Source: Lingula anatina
Lineage: Eukaryota > Animalia > Brachiopoda
Direction: 5' to 3'
Assembly (NCBI GenBank): GCA_051362555.1
Contig: CM120644.1
Location: forward strand, 16,824,534 to 16,888,533
DNA length: 64,000 nucleotides
Under the pieces are notes generated by a model that was given only the letters and a program-made list of their open reading frames with translations, did no database searches and was not told the origin of the DNA. Shown one piece after another: positions 1-13,953 of this stretch. Position 1 is the first letter of the stretch. Each line of letters begins with the position of its first letter. Both the position numbers and the translations under genes were made by a program.

Positions 1-1674
1 CAATATTGGTAGTTTTCTCCCCCCCCCCCCAATATTTTTAAAGATTCAAAGATAAAAAATACTGTACCGGTAGCTTTTCTTCAAGACATTTAAAAACTTT
101 TTAAAAGAAGCATCAAGAGAAGAAACTGAACAACAAGATGGCACCGCCATATTTTGGAACCTCCCAGAAGAATCCTTAAAGCCACATAGAAGAAGTTGGT
201 ACCAGCAGATCTTCTCCAATAACCACACTTAACAACCTTTTAAATGTGGCAGCTCGTGTAGGTATCACATATGTAACTGAACCCTTTAATGACCCACTGG
301 GCTCCTGGGTTCTAACTCGAAACCCCCCAGTGGTGGCCAAGTGCTGTTTGTTTTCCCTAAACTTGTTGCAGTATTAATGAGATACCGGTATCGCCATGAG
401 GTCCACTTGCCATGGTATATCTTCAGGGGGCCAGAAGCTGGCAATCTATCTGACCGCCTCTGCCAACAGCTCTGGCAGTTCTTGGTTGTTAAGGCTGCCC
501 AGTGGTCAATGCCCTTGAATGATAACAGCAAAGCAGCACTTGGCATGTTGAAATTTCTTCTTTCTTTCCTATGGTGTCTAGATATACCTAGATTTAAGTG
601 CTTACTGTAAGGATCTGATATGAATATTCACAGGGAAACTGCGCACTCTGGACTGTGCAGGACCATCTATTTCCATTGCAAGGAATCACCTACAGCACTG
701 AGAAACTCCAATACTGCAAAATATATAACATGCAATACTTCAAATGAATAAAAACACTGTCCTCCCTTTAAGTATGAACATTAACTTCAACTCTGATCCC
801 ATCTCCATATTTACAAAAGTCTGTCCCAGCAATATACACCATACACCAATAAAACATCTTCAATAAATGCCTGAACAGAAAACCATTCTCGCTTTCAACC
901 AGCTTCCTCTTCTCCCATCAGCATGGCGTCCCAGAGAAAGACATACCTTAACACCGAACACAATGGACCCACCTTCTCTCTCCCACACCAGTCAAGCCAT
1001 TCAACACTTCAGATTAAACTCCCGTTCTTCTGCTCCAACGACTCCATTGTTGGGCAGAATTCTTCTGTTACACACAGCCTAAACCTGGTTATCTCAATGA
1101 TGAACGCTGCTCTGGATAATAACTGTCATGTTGACAATGGGGTTATACACTGAGAGGGCCCTGGCTGCTTCCCATTGACAACGCTTACATGGATTAATAT
1201 AATGTATATAATACTGTCCAAATGACCTCATAGGTATACAGGAATGGGGCCTGGTTATCTTAAATAATGCCCATTGTCATGAATCAACATCGTGTGGAAA
1301 CTGTAGCTGTTTACATGTTCTGGTTCACAATAATTATGATTATTAACGTAAATGTCACAATGACACCTTGCATTGCTAAGAAGAACCTGGTAATGTCATG
1401 TTATTGTCATTAACCGCAGTTGAAGTCATACACATGTTGTTGTTATAAATGAACAGGACCTTGTTATGTCACCTAAGGACCAGTGTTAACTGTTTTTCTT
1501 TTTTTTACTTCTTTTTTACCCAATCGCTGAATAACAATTCATTGAAACCATCAGCAATCAGATCAGATTCTTACAAAAAAATATTTTTTTGATCTGACCC
1601 GACTTTACTGCTACTCTTTTTCTTTTACCTGGAAATTACATGCCATTTGGATATACTTCAGGAAAAAAGCCAAT

Positions 1675-1884
1675 GCCCCCTTTACACTGGATGGCGTCCT
1701 TTCTACGACCATGAAATTTGGCATCACTGTGGTCTTAATAAGGAGGCACGAGCATTGATTTTGTATCAGAATGAATGCTCAATGATCGGCCAGTTGTCGG
1801 CACGTAAAGTATTATAATTCTTTAACTCTCAAATGGAGCCGAACTGCTGGACGCAGAAAGGACGCCATCCAGTGTAAAGGGGGC
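1675..1884. mobile_element. MITE with 30-bp perfect TIR (PIF/Harbinger-like)
   Basis: gccccctttacactggatggcgtcctttct at the left end and its exact reverse complement ending at 1884. The TSD is not clean. Confidence 0.85.
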
Positions 1885-2638
1885 TTTAATAAGACCATCA
1901 TCCAAAAGTACTATAACAAAAGTCATGATACTCAAATCAGAAATTGAAATGATACTGAGGGGGTTCTCACTATTTGAAATTAGCAGTGAGGTAAGATTTA
2001 TGATGTTTCCCCCCCATGGGAACCTGGCATTGCACCATACTAACCATTATACTTAAACAGATTCATCAAGTGTTCTAAAATATATAATTTTGTCTTTTTG
2101 GTAAATAATACTCGAGAAATATGATTTGAATGTGTTTTAAAAGGAAAACAGGAGCCACCTTAGAAGGTATGGCATTTGCAAGTACCTACAAATGATAAGT
2201 CTTGAAAAATATGATATACTTGAATAAATTAGGTGTTAGAAATCTAAGCGTAATTGCAGTTTCAGTACTAATCCTCCTATCCTATATAACAGAGCAGAAG
2301 TTAAGGGATCAATATGGAAAAGCTTTCCTATGTACAATTTACCAGATTGGGAACCTCTATATGTAATATTTCTATCGATGGCTTATTATGTTATATTTCT
2401 GGTCTTAGGAAAGGAGTAATACTCCATAATACTTCCATTCAATCACCGACTACCATAAGAGGGTAAAAATACACAAAATAAAACACACTTCTGATGTAAC
2501 AAATGAACAAAAAAAAAATTGTAATTTTTTAAAATCAGAAATAGCAAATGAAGGCAGGTGCATTTAAGGACAAAAAAAACCCAAATTCCTTGATAGTGTA
2601 GCCTTATTTACTGTATTCTTTTCAACAACCAAATTTCA

Positions 2639-2639
<1 letters not shown>

Positions 2640-2688
<49 letters not shown>
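2640..2688. repeat. Poly-A tract (~49 nt)
   Basis: Direct reading; no retroposon body recognised next to it. Confidence 0.95.
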
Positions 2689-2692
<4 letters not shown>

Positions 2693-5600
2693 GCCACAGC
2701 TAGCCAAAAAGAAGACATTTCACTAATTGTTTGAGATCTCCACTACCACTGTATCCCATTCATTACCCCGCAGCACTTAGGAGGACTTCTGACATGCAAC
2801 CTTGACCTTCTCAGATCTACAGGGGACGCTTTGGGCAATAATCAACCCTTAATATGATTTGGCCATGGAATAATTCAATCTGGGACCCAGCTTCGAAAAC
2901 AGATCAATGGACAGGCACATGTATATAGCTTACGTTTTACAGTACAGTAACCTGTGGGGAGAGTTTTTAACTCAAGTACCATTTCATTTGAGGCTATTCC
3001 TTTTCATTTAAAGCTACATCCCTTCTGATTTGTTAAGCTATACTTTTATTAGACGCACACACACCAAGATTAAATTATAGCTTTCAGAAGTGAAACTGTT
3101 TTTTGATACCAAGGGGAACAAAGCTGATTGATGAATCATGCTGCTGACCCTCTATGACCAGATATGACCGACCGAAATATAAAAGAATGCTGCCATTCGG
3201 AAATAATACAATGCTAGCCAGTGTCAAGGAAAATTTCAAACCCAACTCTGGCAGAAGAATTTCTTTTCGAATTAACAATTCAAGCAAGGCATTTCAACTT
3301 TGTATCCAAAGGTGAGAAAAATGTGCTGTTTGCTTACAATGATATGGATATAGACCAAGACTGATGGTTCGTGGTAATTAGAAAATTAACCTGTTATGTA
3401 AAATTTTACTATTTGTTAGAAGCTCCTTTGATGAAAATCTTAAACGAAACACACCTTAAAAACCAGTTAATGTGAATCTCAATAATAAGCAACCATGAGG
3501 TGGGTAACAATCACCACAAGTGACTACAACTTATCAATCAAAAAACAAAATGAAAGGGGCAAAAGCAAAAGACAAACCTGACAGTGCTTCCGTCTTCCTC
3601 CAAACTTCTCAAATCACAAACACCCCTCCACAGGCAAAACCTCGAAATAATCTGTTCAATATGGTGTATTTATAACCCCAGTCTTACATAGCTGTTGTTT
3701 CTCTGTTATAGCAGACTTTCTAATGAGGAAATACCTCCCTGCTAACTTGTTCCGGTTGCTATGGAAATTACAAGGCGATCCAATTATAAATGTGAGCAAT
3801 TTTGTTTTGATAGGAAAGTGTCCTGTTTTTCGACTCAGTGGTTGGTTGTAATCTTTGGTGTAGATTCAAATAACTGCATTAACGGTTAAAAGCAAAAACT
3901 GTGAGCTTTTGTATCCAAATGTTTCTTGAAAGTTGTAACAAGAGCCACATTTTGTTTTTCGCAAAATCAATGGTGGTCATAGGCACCCTCCACTAGCCAA
4001 TAATAATAATATATATATATAATCTCATAAGATTTTACATCATTGACCAACCTTGTCCCCCCCCCCCCTCAACTGCACCCAATATCTTCAATTTCCTTCT
4101 CGTAGGGAAAAAAAATTTAAATACATAATTTTTGTTCCCACAATATCTGAATAGCAACAATAATTACTCCTTGGTACAAATTTTCCAATTAAATTCCCTT
4201 TGCCATTTTCAAATCACAATTTGAAATCATCAATCATGATAAAGACCTCATATTCTTGAATAACTATTTGAAAAGACATGAATGGCCAGACGTCAATCTT
4301 CAAAGAAGTGGGCACACATTGTTCGAAACTGAAACAAGCCCATGACCCCATTTCTGGCCATTCTGCAGTTGACGAAATCATTCAAAAGGACTTCTTCCTG
4401 CCAGGGTAAAAAAAAAAAACCATGTATTCCAACTATCCCTCTCAAACATCCTCCATTTACTTCTAGTAACACAGCACCAAATCCATACCATTGTATGCAT
4501 ACCTTTTTTTCATTTCTACAGCAGTTACATTGTTAATCCTTTCATGGAACCACCTGGGGGAGGGAGTCCAGACCCAGTTTCTCAGCCACAACAACATAAA
4601 ACGGCGTTCGATTTTGACCACCGCAACCAGCACTGCTGACTCCTAACTAAATGCGGACCACCATATGTGCCATAATCCGACCATCGATCCTGTTCCGATC
4701 AAATTTGCAAGGCAATAACAAAAACGATACTGTAAATGAATTGGGCCTGTCCACCCTGCCACAAAATCTGTTGGCCCCAAACGATAATCAATACAGGCGA
4801 AACAACATTATTATTTGCTCTACAACCGCTCACAAATCGCTCATTATTGACAGGTAATGGTACGGAAAGGTAATTTCATCTAAGCAAACACGCATGGCTC
4901 CAGTCGTCTTGGCCGGGGAAACAACGTGTACAATTAACGCCATTCCAAATGCTTTGTCCCCATATGTATAAACTCCCTGTAACCTAGGCACTGAGCAAGG
5001 AGCCCAACATGAATAAATATGACCCCCGAGCCAATAGGCTACAAGTCAACTACTGGCGGACATAAGCTGGAGAACAATGGGGCGGCAAAAGCTACTTAAC
5101 TTATTACATCTAATTACACAAGCAAAATAAACAGGGGTATTGTTCAAGGTACCAGTGGTCTCCCCCACCCCCATTCACTTGCATAACCCAATTTCGGACA
5201 ATATCTTAACAGTATTCCTTTTTGTGTAACGGTAACTGTTGCATCATGTTCTCGTTCCCTCTACCAGGGTGACAGACTGATTTTTCACAAGATATTCACA
5301 GATATGTCTACAGATAAATAGACTGTCATTTCATTATCTAGCTTTTTAAAAATTTCCCTATAATATCTGGTAGAGGGTATTCTTCTATTTTCGCAGGAAA
5401 ATCTTTCTGTGGTGTGTCTACAGCAAGGGCCTCTGTATCAAACAATCTCATCATCCTTTTTCCTCTCTCTGGTTTCTGATCTTTCCGGCACAATAAACGG
5501 TCCGCATTTAATTTTCCTGATTAAGATTAAAACTAGGACTGACTTAATTCAAAGATATGGCTCCCTAAATAAGCAAGTGAGGGAACTTGAATGAAAATAG

Positions 5601-8600
5601 AATGCTTCACGAAATGGCAATTTTATCTTGCAACAGTGCAAAAATTATGAAATTAAGCAAGGGCAATCTTCTAAGAAATTTGACCTTGGATGATATCATT
5701 TTAAATATGACATTTGCTTTTGTTCAAAGATATCTCTCTTCCAAATTCACCATTTAAACATCTATAGTACAGGGTACCATGAAATGGAGTCTAATATGCA
5801 CTTGACATCAATGTTTTCACAATTTAATCTACAAGGGGACCACATGCTTTGTCCTTAGTAAAGTTCATCGTATAACTGATACCAACACCACTTTTAATGG
5901 GCTGAATGAGAAAACCACTTGTAAAGTGCAAACACAACCTGTAAAGGAAAAAACATAACCCACAATTGTATTATTTGTACATTTGGGTGAAAACACACTT
6001 CAGAACAGGAATTACGTATTCCTTGCTGTCTTTTCACAATGGTCAGGAAAATCCCAGAGACAAACAAAACCCTGCCTGAACAACTTTCAAGATTGCTTGA
6101 TCAAATCTGAGCGCTAAGTTTGCAAAGCCGTGCAGAAAACAAAGCTAATGCCCTAAAGCCCCACAAGAGGCTTATCCAATACATGCCACTATAAGCGTTC
6201 ATTGAACCATCAGAGTAACAAAGATGATCCTTGGAGACCCATACAAAAGACAAAGCCTGAGGTTTGATGAGTCGTACGAGAAACAAAACAAGTCCCGATT
6301 CTATATGTCATCACTTCTAGGAATCACCTATTGAAGTATAGAGAAGACAATGTATGACAGGTATTGAAAAGCTAATATCCAGGGAAATCATTTCATCCAA
6401 AGCATATGGATGAAACACAGATTCAGAAAAACATCTTATGTAATTTACGGAAAGCCCTTCTGGCTGCATCTTCTGGAAAACAATTGCATGAAAGATGGAA
6501 AAGAAAGAAAGAAACTTGGTGCATGATAATGAAATACATATATACAAATATGGAACATGTCATGACTTATTGTTCTGACTTTAGCCTCCAATTGAACCAC
6601 ACATAAAACAAAGCACAATCTTTGCAGAAAACAAAGCGCAACCACCACTAGTCCAAATGGCAAACTGAACCAGGTGTCCTAATCTCGGAGAACAATAATC
6701 GGAGCATTAGCGCCACTGCTTGAAGTCTCCGAGGTCCACTACTGGCACAAAACGCCCTTAATAAGCTACTATACTGAGATGGTGTTACGTAACCACCATA
6801 TTGCTACCCAACTGGCAGTTGCTGAAGTATTTAACAAATCGACCCCATGGCCACTTGCTATATAAAAGTGATTTAACACTGGTGAAGGTCTTACATAAAA
6901 TTGTGAAATAAAATTAGGTCAGGCGTTCTGTAACAGTGGTAAGAGGTAAATGACAATAAGGGCAATAAAATATAGACTGCACATTGCATAACCTGTGCCA
7001 ACAGGAGTTAATTGCCTTTCGCCTTCAAAATGACCAGTTGCTATATTAGATTTTCTTTTAGTGATTACTTCAAAACATGGGTATTTCTCCTACCATTGTT
7101 TCCATCAACTTTCTGAGTAATTTCAAAAACAGACTAACTCAATTTGTACATTATTTTTCTAAGCTTGATTGACAGCATACATAAATGATATTATTGATAA
7201 CAACAACAACAACATCAGTCACAGTTATGATGATAATAATTATGGTAACAATGTTAATACCCTGGAACACAATGACATAGAGAATTCTGAAAAGTGTATT
7301 ACCTCAACCCTTATTAACTCAGTATTAGAGTGAATACGTCTGCATGAATGGGGGGGGGGGGGGGGGGGGGGGGTCCATAACACCTGAAACAAGTATTGTC
7401 CATTCTATGAATTCTGAAGCCCACACAATGCTGACTTGCTGACAGCACTGAAAGTTTGTCATGTTAACTAATGTCAGCATAGTTCCTGTCATTAAGAAAA
7501 ACAAAGTTACCCGGGCAAAAATGTTCATAAACACTAGTTTTCTAAACAACACATTTTAGCAGTACAAAAACTGTTGCAAATGGAAGTGTTGAAAATGGTA
7601 TCGCTGCCTTTTCATAACAACCCAATTTTTGTGGGGAGGAACTGTTTTAAACTGCAACATTGACATTGGTCCTGTCATCTGTCCTGCCATCTTGTAATTG
7701 CATTTCTCCGCACAATACGAAACCTCTCTCATGGGACTAGCCGTTTAAGAATAAATGGGTGGACAAATCAGGCCTGATTCAATTAAATGAAAAACATGCC
7801 CTTCTTTATAGAACATAGCATTGCAATTACTTGTGCATGTGGGCCGGAATTATTGACAAAGAACACATCAGTTCTGTCACAATTTATTAATGAAAATCGT
7901 GTCCTCTAAACAATATCATACGGCACTCTTAATTGTATAACCACTCTAGAGAGAAATCGATGCTATACATTAAGGATGCTTTGCACTGTTAATAGATCAT
8001 ATTCCCTGTGCGTTAACTGCAGGCTGTCATATCCCACTGTTTATAGGCACTGTGGCCATTACTTTCATCTCCGATGACCACTATCGAATCCTTGAACCAG
8101 TGATGTGAATGGTCAGTAGCAATTGAAGATCACTGGAGTGGACAGGTTAATGGAAAATCACTTCAAAAATTGCTGTGCAGTGACCAGAATGTATGAACAC
8201 ATTTCACAGTTTCTTCTTCATAGCTAGCTGGGGGAATGAGTTTCTCCAGAAAGGTTGCTGGTTAATTTGTTCTTTTTCACTGTTAGCTTGCCTTAACATT
8301 GAACAAATATTCACTTCTTAGATAATACTTTTTTATATTTGATATTTTTAATGAAAACCCTGACAACACCCCTTTTCCAGATCTTTCTGCTGGCAATCAT
8401 TTTCCAGATTACAAACTGGTTATCTAGAAAACAATGAATGCTTGTAAAACAACACTTCAGCTACAGATCCATTAAAATATTGCTGTATCTAGGCAAAGAC
8501 CAGGATAAGGAACTTTGAAGGCTTCCTTTCTGAGTAAATTATAGCAAAAATCATATTCTGCATAGTGTTTGGAAAATAGATTTCTTAGAAAAAAATTTTT

Positions 8601-11600
8601 TTCAGGGTTTCATATATATATATTTGAGCTACATGAAGAGAAGATATTGTCACTCACAAACATGTGAAAACTGTTTTCCTTTCATTTAGTTTTAAAATTC
8701 TGTACAAGGCCGATAAAAAAACAAACCCAACATCCTTTTCTAATTTGAAATTGGTGGATTTCCTTTACCATTAGCCCCTTCTTTTACATACAACATATGT
8801 GTAAATGACCTTACAAATGTTCACATTTGCACAAATTGCACTTCTCAAAATACATAGACCCATTATCATTTCATCAACAACTGAATTACAGATAAAAGCG
8901 AGGAAAATTGATATCTCAAAAGAAGAACTCTTTGTGCAAAATGCGTAGCCTTCACAACCCTTTAACTACTACACTTTTTCATATAGGTCTGACCTCTATT
9001 ACTACTTACAATGCATACAAAGGACAGACGGGGCACCAACGCGGTATCCTTTTCTTCTCCTTCTCCTCCAAATCGGACCAGAATGAACTCTCGGGGCCCT
9101 TGATCCTATTATAACCCCATCCATATAAAAGAGCAACCAGTATTAATACAGTCACCAGTACCTTAATATGTGTCTCGTTTCCTTTTTCCCACCAACTCGT
9201 TTCTGGATCTGGCTCGTATTATTGTAACTCCTCTCTCCCGGGGTACTCCATACAGCCTCCCTTGTTTTCCACAACCTTCAAGTTTGTCTCCAATCATCGC
9301 CTTAATCACTCCTTGTTTACATACTGCAGCAACACAATTCACCGCCTCCCATTGGCTACAATGATGTTTGAACAACTGTATTCCTAATATTCTTAAACTA
9401 ATACAGAGCTCGATTCTGTCGTCCCCTCCCTCCAGCGGGCAGAAGAAAAAAATCCAGCCGAATTAAAAACGTGTTTGTTTAGGCTCTACCGCAGCTGTTG
9501 TGTGGGAAAAAATTGACATAGTCTCACGAATCAATAAACGATGCTGATACTATACTATATTGAATAGGGAAAACTGGTAACTTGCATTCCAATGATGTTT
9601 GACAAGCTAAAGTATATTAGTTACCGAAAAACACAATGCAAAACTGAAGATACACATTTCTGAATACAATATAGATCTGCCATATCACAAGTCCAACCGT
9701 GCCTTGATACATAATCGACTTACACCTGCTTTGGCAATTTTGCCCTGAAAAACACAATTCCACAGATACTTATTTGTTCTTTGTGTATCATTAAATACTA
9801 TATTGATTTTCCCTTACTGCTCTCCAAAACCTTTCATTCATTCGCAAACACCTTGTTGTTTTTAAAGGCCTACTATTGAGATAGATTATTCCATCTTGTT
9901 AAACTGAGCTCTGGATATTCTGCCAGCTTATCTTACAATAGACTATGTCAATATCTACTTAATGAGGATCTCTGAAGAGAGAGAGAGAAAGAGAAGAATG
10001 GAAGAGGAATGTATGTATGCATCTGGTTAAAGGCAGGTCCCGATATGAGAATCAAGGGCATGATTAAACTTAGGACACCATGCATCATGGCACTTGCAGG
10101 CACACAGATTTCCATTCTCAATAAAAAAACTTACAAATCAAATTTGATAAAACTGGCAACATGAAACAAAACAACATTTTTAACTGTTACAAGTTAGAGT
10201 AAATTGGTTGACATCTATTTTTCTGTGGTGCAAGTGGAAGCTGAAAAATTGCCACAAGAACTGGTCCACAATTTGCCAGATAAGACACAGGACATAGTTA
10301 GCTTGTTCCCTGGTTGAAACTTTCAAACTCTAGCTTAACAGGGATAACCTTGAGTTTATAACTTAAAAAAATGGCGGTTAAAAACTCAAGGAAAGGAGAT
10401 CATGAGACACGGTCTGAAACCCCCTTTGAAACCATGGGATTTCCCAATCTGCCTTTTGGCAACTTAGTGCTGAAATTGCAGGTACACTCTACTGTTCCTT
10501 TGGTACTTTATGGAAAAAAAAAGAAGAAATGTTAAGATAACATGTGCATGCATTGCCATTGCAACTGTATACAATACCTTGACAGATGTACCAAAAACTT
10601 CTTTCGCATCATATAAAGCACCATGCGTCTTCGAGTCATGACTACAGCATAGTGTACGGGTCCAAAATTAAACTCAAGTGTTTGAAGGTCAGCAGTAAGT
10701 CGAGATAATCAAAACCTAATGGCGAACGCAGCTTCTTTCCCTCTCTCCATTATGGTATCAGTTGCTTAGAATAACACCAGTTAAGTATATAAAGCAGTAG
10801 TACCACTTTGTACCTTGCTGTCTTATCTGTGGCTCAACTTTTCTCCATCTCCACTCTACTGTGGCATAAAACTATCCCATAATCCACTGAGAGATTCAGG
10901 TTACCAAGCTTATGTCCATCTTTAGCACTGTAACCATTTAAAAAAAATTTTACCCCCTTGGCGCTTTTGGAAAAGAACTTACGAACATTGCCACAATCAA
11001 AAACCTTAGGAAAGTAGTTCAAGCTAGTCGGAAATAAGGTGTACCCAACCCAGTTTTTCTCCGCAATTTTCTTTTTTCACCATCGCGGAAGTAGGAACAA
11101 CACGTGAATACACCAAAGTTCATAGGTGGTTCGACCTTCTTATCAATCATTGAACATCAGACTTCCTATGACTACCAACGGGTGCTGTTTTAGAATACTT
11201 AATAAGGGAACTGTAACAAAACTCCTCTCCCGACTCCTGAGCTATCACATCCCTTTTCAACAAAGAAAGCGTTTCATTGTTCCAATGCCCTTTATATATT
11301 GTGTACGTGACCGTTCATGACCGATTGACTTTCTTGGTTGGTATCTATATCTAGTACATGGTCCAAAGACCTGTAACATGTCCTGAATGCTTTTATGTAA
11401 ATATACTACAGAACTGATCCATCAATGATATCCATGCAGCTATGTTTCATTCATTGTTGAAAGTGGTGCCCCTGAACATGTTTTACCCAACTTTTCAAAC
11501 TTGACCAGCTCTAAACTGCCATCTCCAGCAGATGAGGAGAGATGGCGAGAGAGCCCGCATCCTTATTACAATAGTCGGCCATCTTTTGTGTTTAATGCCT

Positions 11601-13707
11601 CATAAAATTCAAACTGGCTGAACTGTGGGGCCTCGCTTTCTATGGTGGAGGTTAGGGTCGGTGTAAACAAGAGGGCTTTTAACTCTGCTCAACCGAAAGA
11701 GATACAGCCACCTCAGCAGTGAGAAAAGAGGACTGCTGAACTTTTCAAAGCGCAGTGTCCTAGTTCAATAAATGGGCGTCACTTTTCCTTCTCTGCAAAA
11801 ATATATCACAAGTGGGTTTGGGCTTTTATGTTAGATCATTGAATGGAGAATGTCTTTTGTGCCTTTTTACAAATAGGAAAAAAGGGATGACCTTGATACT
11901 GAGATCACTAAATAGACTATGATTTTCTTTTTTGATTAATATGGTTTTTGAATGTGTGTGGGTCTTCTTCAAGGAACACCACAACTGACAAGCTGTTTAT
12001 ATGAAGTTCGTAAAATGAACAGAATTTTGTCTTTATGGTTTACATACATTTTGAAAGGGGGAGGGAGTGGTCAGACTCTTTTATTCTTTTTTGAATCAAA
12101 GCTTCTTTAATTGAACTCTAAAACCAAAATCCATCTTTTAAGTCTTTTTAAAAGTACTGCAGAAAAATGTTTTCTTGCTCTACAAGGTATTGACTAGCAT
12201 TCATCAAAAATCATTATCAGCTTTCAAGACTGTTATGATCAGGATTTTCCGTGTATTCAGCCGATCTTTAGAACTGGACTGTAATCAATTATGAAAGGGC
12301 TCTAATCTGTGAAATCACTCTGACAGGGCGGAGCTAGATATCCTTGCCATCACGCTATTCTCATACAAAGGGCGTTGTTTGTAGGACACGTTCTCAAATA
12401 AACATACATTATAAACCTCAACTATACTTCTTCATTTCTTGTTGAAACCAGGAACAAACCCATTAATTGGCAACCCACAAAGGCCCCAACAATGCTTCAA
12501 AAGAATCATGGTGGAAAACAAATACAAACTGTGCGTAAACTAATTTTAAAACAAACACACCTAAAAGAAACTTATTTACCCCCATTTCGCAATGGGAAAA
12601 TCCTCTGACCCTGAAAGAGTGTGGTGCGCCGTAGAGTGCATGCTCTGTGCGTGCCACAGAGGGCATGGAAAAAAATGCTATGATCAAAAGCTTTTGTAGG
12701 ACTTTCTGAAGTTCTTCGCCGGGTTCATTCTTTCGGCAAGAGAAGGAATAACATTCCTAACCTTACTACTGTGCATGCCGCCGTAGTGTTAAAATAGCAA
12801 AAAAATAAACTGCGACCTGAAACTATGCGAGTAGTTTTATTGTGTGAACTACGAGATTATATTATAAAGGGCAGGGCATGTCCTCAGTTTGACAGCCCAG
12901 ACTAGATTAAGGGGCGTTTAAACTCAATACCTGTTCACACAGTACTTTCCCCCTGGAGATATATACCCGCATCTTCTGCTAAACTTAACCAGCTCATATA
13001 AAAGCAAAACATGGCAGATGCCAACCTTGGATCCCTCTTTCACCCTATTACGTCTGCACTCGAAGGATTAAGTCTCCCACAAAAGAAGTGCAACTCTGTA
13101 CCTAACGAGGTGATTAAACACATTAGTGTTCATAAATAATAAATATCAATGCACTGGTAGGGAATTCAAATCACAGGTTAATAAAGCAATTGTATGAAAG
13201 GGTTCATCGTCTTTAAGTGAGAAGAATTTCAAAAAGGTATTTAGAGGATTTGAGAAATAAATAAGTGAAAAGAATGCATGGTTGTAAAGAAACTGGGATC
13301 AGACACACAATACCGGAAGGGGAGGTTTAAATATTAAATATTTGTGCAAAGTAGTACAACTTGTACACCAACAGATATTTCAAACACGAAGTCTAAGGGT
13401 CACTCAAAAGTATTTTGAACAATATTTTACAAAAAGCAATTTGACAGTCACATTTTATCAAATTAGTTTTTTCTCTCTCACTTCCTACATTTTAAAAAAA
13501 AATTACGACATCTTGGTTCTCAACCAATAGTTGTTGCTTCTTTGTGTCTCTTCATCGTTTCAAAAACAAAATCAACATGTCTGAACTTACAAATATAAAA
13601 AAAAACACTACAAAAATAATCTCAAATACAAATCTTTTAAAATACTGTCAAATTACCTCTTGGGTTTGACCGTTACTACACAAATGTCTCAAAATTCAAA
13701 AACTGAC

Positions 13708-13953
13708 CTTTAGCAAATCATCCACAGCCTCTTCCACTGTGGTCACTACTCTTCTCAGGTCCTCCCGGTCACTATCGTCCAAACCTCCTCCGGCCAGGCG
13801 CAGGGACACGCCTTCCAGAACATGGGATGCACTTCGGGTCCCAAGGGTCAAGAGGTCGGGAGCTAAAGGGAGGCTGTTGTTAAGGATTCTACCCGTCGCC
13901 TTGGTAACTGCCTCTAGAACTTGTGACGCTGCTTTCAAAGTCGGAGCATTGAG
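13708..13953 (-). CDS. PKD1L1: PKD1L1-like exon (helical, probably GAIN subdomain A), 246 nt, phase 0-0
   Basis: ttttacag acceptor; LNAPTLKAASQVLEAV...RRVVTTVEEAVDDLLK; AAG/gtcag donor. Confidence 0.83.

Noticed and set aside
2150-2245. Weak similarity to about 44995-45055, and other degraded repeat fragments (about 32480-32580, 33390-33560, 59820-60040, 63050-63125)
   Set aside because: Probably old repeat remnants, but too degraded to delimit or classify by eye.
1-13707. Next PKD1L1-like exon or conserved microRNAs
   Set aside because: By eye I found no phase-0 exon with polycystin-like sequence and no match to conserved miRNAs I know. A small exon could have been missed.
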